DNA of 56,096 bases, the filler included, from Bipalium vagum (taxonomy: Eukaryota), in the NCBI GenBank assembly GCA_037834085.1. It is 3 parts of 3 records of this genome, joined end to end, with 100 filler letters (N's around TTAATTAATTAA, not from the genome) between each part and the next. Parts side by side here need not be neighbours in the genome. Positions count along the whole stretch, not along the records: positions 35,602 to 56,096 come from JBBMKC010251987.1; 2 more parts are not named here. The stretch is one strand, 5' to 3'. Both the position numbers and the translations under genes were made by a program. Positions 52,601 to 56,096 of the stretch are shown one piece after another. Position 1 is the first letter of the stretch; each line of letters starts with the position of its first letter. Under the pieces are notes generated by a model. It did no database searches, was not told the origin of the DNA, and saw nothing but the letters and a program-made list of their open reading frames with translations.

Positions 52601-53509
52601 CAAAGTTTAGTACACACACATCTAAACGATTTTGTATTTAAACTGATTATTATTTTATTATATTCCTTTACACTGAGATCATAACTTCTAAAGAGGTGAA
52701 GCTAATGCCGCACATGTCCTGAGAAAATGCATGTATTTTTATAAACATCGTTTAATATCCTGCAGCTTTCTGCGGCAGTTTTGTTCACCATGAAGTAATG
52801 TATGATAATTTCCGGCAAGTGTTCTTTGCTTGCAGTATTATAAATAAATATATATTCTATCTACATTTTTATTGGACAAAAGTAAAAAAAACCTTTTTAA
52901 TTCTAAAATTTAAAAAGACAATTTTTTAATATTTTTAAAAATATTTTTTTAAAAGTATTAATTTAAGAAAACAATAATCATTCATTGATACCTGCTTTCT
53001 CCATTTTGTGAATAAATTCCTGGTTTCAGTCATTTTAAATACTAATGATTCGCATATTTTTCTTTCTTCATCATTATCAAAGTTCTTCATTACTAAAAGT
53101 TTTAATTGTCTGAAATTTCTAACAGAAATAAAACTCAGATTTATTCAGATATATCACATTTATAGAAAAAGAAGATTTTGAATATTTATTTAATTATTAT
53201 ATAAACGAAAAATGTGTGTAATTTTTAAAATTTCAGTTTATGCAACGAGCACATTTATCATTTTAATTAATTTAATAAAAAATTTCCATAAAAATATTTA
53301 TATATTTAGTTCTACAATGTCATCTTTATGTTTTGAGCCACACTCATCATTTCTACTAAATGATCGAAATATCTAACTATAAATAGTTTGATTCAATTTC
53401 GAATATTTATGATTTTTTAATTTTCTCTTCAATTTTTTCTATTACCCAGATATTTTATTTTTATGAAATCCGAAATTTGAATTTTGATTCTATCTTGATT
53501 ATGCTTCAT
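49680..53509 (-). CDS. Multi-exon host gene, unknown product
   Basis: Seven phase-consistent GT-AG exons: MKHNQDRIKIQISDFIKIKYLV|RYFDHLVEMMSVAQNIKMTL|NFRQLKLLVMKNFDNDEERKICESLVFKMTETRNLFTKWRKQ|TIFIRIADLFQTEEDPVYIKKKT|GIETSLSLFSQ|NDEEVAEPSNLILCRKKFISGT|IIFLWAVTLHFTMKKTKNRFFEVYDNFKLSLYEIEKLFL. Both ends uncertain. Confidence 0.55.
51660..52290 (+). mobile_element. Gypsy integrase relic (intronic)
   Basis: LLTDRRRELMS, FGILKLNTTP, CLFGYRNSVHLETEYPMFYLMY, YDKK..LTIGDRVMV and FKGPYVIEK (GPY/F module). Confidence 0.85.
52660..52840 (-). mobile_element. Mariner N-terminal relic (intronic)
   Basis: SKEHLPEIIIHYFMVNKTAAESCRILNDVY (Mos1-type HTH). Confidence 0.75.
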
Positions 53510-54189
53510 TATTTTAACACTACTAATTAAAATCATAAACAATACCAATACTGATTTCAATTAACACAAATTTTTAATGTCACACATTTTATTTTAAAAA
53601 TGGACAAAAACCATGACTGATAAAATAAATGTACTTTTATTCTGAAAGGTGATAAATATTTTCAAAACGTAGAAAAATATTATAATATTTTATTTCCTGA
53701 GTTTTATGTATTTTGAAATATTATAATTTTTAGGAATTTCAATTGTTTAAATTTTTCAATTTTCTGATTATTTCAATTTTTTAATCTTTCTTATTTTTAA
53801 ACAACAAATTAAAAATATGAAATCAGGAATTTAAAATTTTGGTTCTGTCGTTCTTTAGTTCAGAAAAAGCGACAAATATTTTCAGAATAGCTTTAAGAAA
53901 TCATTAAAACTTTAAAAATCATTTTAAGATATTGAATAATAAGAAAATAGTTGGAAAATGTAATCGTGATATTTGAGATATGGAATGTAAAAGAAACATT
54001 CATTATCACATTTAAGATCTAAAAATCATAACGAAAAAGATATGCTAAAAGGATTTTTAATAATTTACCAAACTGATTTTAAAATTGTTATCAATTTATG
54101 TAAATATATATTTATGAAATAGAAACCATTTTAATGAAAAATAATAATTATTTAGATGAAATAGAGAAATAAAAAATCAACATTTTAAA

Positions 54190-54500
54190 ATAAATCTTTA
54201 AAATTCAAAGAATATTAACTTCTGAATGTAAACAAATTGATAAATATCTTGATTTTGCATTTTATTCGAAACCAATTGAAATAATAAACGAATATGAAAA
54301 AAAGCTTCGTGTAATTCTATACTTTAAAAAGTTAAATAACTAAGAAGGAAAAAATTGTAATCTTTATGGTATTTGAAATATATAAATACAATTAAAGTAA
54401 ATTTAAATTCAAAAAAATCTTTAGTAGGATCATCATATATAAAATTGCCATTTAAATCAATCTATATTGTAAATAATCAAAATAATTAATATTGGTTTTT
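54190..54500 (+). mobile_element. Maverick/Polinton/adintovirus-type protein-primed DNA polymerase B N-terminal relic
   Basis: FKIQRILTSECKQIDKYLDFAFYSKPIEIINE, then SLWYLKYINTIKVNLNSKKSLVGSSYIKLPFKSIYIVNNQNN*YWF, matching the recalled GSGW..I..L.VNINKY.PL.GSSYI.LP..A.IN..N.D..CF motif. Confidence 0.6.
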
Positions 54501-56096
54501 TAACCCATTCATGTTGGATTCGAGGGAATTGTGGAAAATTACCACAAAGGAGTGTCAGGAATAATAATAAAATATTTTTATTTCAAAAAGAGTTAATTGA
54601 TGTTTGAAAAGATACAGTCACTCAGGGATTTTCAGTATTATTTTTAAGAAAGTTTTCTCATTCAAGAAGCCATTGCTTATATTAAGCTTTGGTGGACGTG
54701 GGATGATTTATTTTATCTGAATCGTAATTTGTTCAGATAGTGTATCCATCACAATAAATGAAGATAAATATTTTTTAGTACTTTTTTTTTATTATATAAA
54801 TTTTATAAGGTTTTAAATAAATTCAGGAACTGAAAAGAAAAATTTCTGTTGAGAAAAAATGTTTTCTGTATGTCGCATTCATATCATGAAATAACTGAAT
54901 AGTGAGCAAATTAAATTCAAAATCACAAGGACTTTTCCACTTGGATTCCGCAATCTTTCGTCCATCCTACTTCAATGCTCAGATCTATCTGTAGAATATA
55001 TGGAGAGAACGAAAATCATCCAATCTTCCCCCACATGCAGGCCTAAGTTGTATTTCTCAAAACTTTCAGAAAATCAGTAAATTGAACAAAATTGTCCCAG
55101 ACATCATATGATTTCACTACACAAGCATCATTGTTTGTTTACAAGCCAATGAGATAGGACTGTTGTTGAGAATCTCTGGGAGGCTTTCTCTCACAAACGA
55201 CGCTGGTCAATAATCGGATTGGTGGGCTGACTATCAGATTTGAAAACGATAATGTTGGGTGCGCTAAAGGAACAACTCTGATTCTAAGTTAAGGTGAATA
55301 AATAAAAATCGCAATCGAGTCTGAATAATAATATAAAGATATAATATAAAGATAAAGATAATATTTTTAATATTTTTGTGAATCTCGAAATGTGGACATT
55401 AATGGAACAAGGATAATTTTCTTATAAATGATTTCTCGACATTTAAAATTGGTCAACGTCTGAAGTGGTCGGCTGGTCAAAAAAAAGATAGTCGTAACTG
55501 GCCACCGGCCCAGTAGAGAAGAGAGCCGAAAGTTGTTATCAAAATTTAGAGTAGAAGCTATCGTTATTAAAAATTAGGGAAGAAGTTGTTGGTATCAAAA
55601 TATTTGAAGAAAAATTGCAGAACTTTGAGGAACTTATTTGAAGAATTCTTTACCGTTATAATACTTTTCAAAGTTACTTTCAGCGAATCGATATCTTCTT
55701 TTACTATGATTCAACATAAATAAACGATGGGTCCTGTTCTGATTGGTCGTTTGGTAGGCGTACGGGTCCGAGTCTATTAGACGACTCAGGGATCAATCGA
55801 CAGGATTTGACGAGTCGTTTTTCCCTATTGATTAAATTTCTTTTTGTTTTTTTATCAATTTCTTTTTAATCATTATCACTGATAAATCTGATTTTTGAAA
55901 AGATAATTCTGTGCGAGCTTATCATTATTCTTATTAATGTACTTGGAACTCAGACTATTCGATTATTGTGGGCATTATTTGGTTTTTACTTTTATGCTGA
56001 TGATTCAAATCTTATCAACAATGGAAGTATTGATTTAATTGTTGTCGCCTATTCGATTATTGTGCTTTGTCATTTATTTATCCCGACAATCAGACT

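Noticed and set aside
54505-54620. MULE transposase C-terminal relic (HVGFEGIVENYHKGVSGII)
   Set aside because: Only a loose single-motif resemblance, too weak to list as a feature.
1-56096. CRISPR arrays, rRNA/tRNA genes, prokaryotic operons
   Set aside because: No regularly spaced repeats or recognisable structural RNA genes were seen, and the sequence is spliceosomal-intron-bearing eukaryotic DNA.

Overview
Very AT-rich, intron-containing eukaryotic (probably small metazoan) genomic DNA. It is not prokaryotic, and the supplied ORF track mostly shows exon pieces and decayed transposase frames. The window is three contigs joined by two artificial 100-bp spacers (44 N + TTAATTAATTAA + 44 N at 16096-16195 and 35502-35601). 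Contig 1 holds minus-strand multi-exon orphan genes interspersed with decayed Tc1/mariner elements. Contig 2 holds a divergent but clear MIOS/Sea4 (GATOR2) gene on the minus strand: at least 24 exons, introns either about 32-60 nt or swollen by mariner relics, and its C-terminal Zn-finger lost at the contig end. Contig 3 is a mobile-element graveyard. It contains a decayed chuvirus/herpes-gB-like class III fusion glycoprotein (EVE or captured env) behind a possible LTR/PBS and a Q-rich ORF, intron-containing Merlin transposases, Gypsy gag/pol/integrase relics, a Maverick/adintovirus-type pPolB relic, possible Ginger and MULE relics, and a 79-bp MITE. Nearly all of these lie on the + strand, antisense to a minus-strand host gene. 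All family assignments come from manual translation and recalled motifs; no database search was run.
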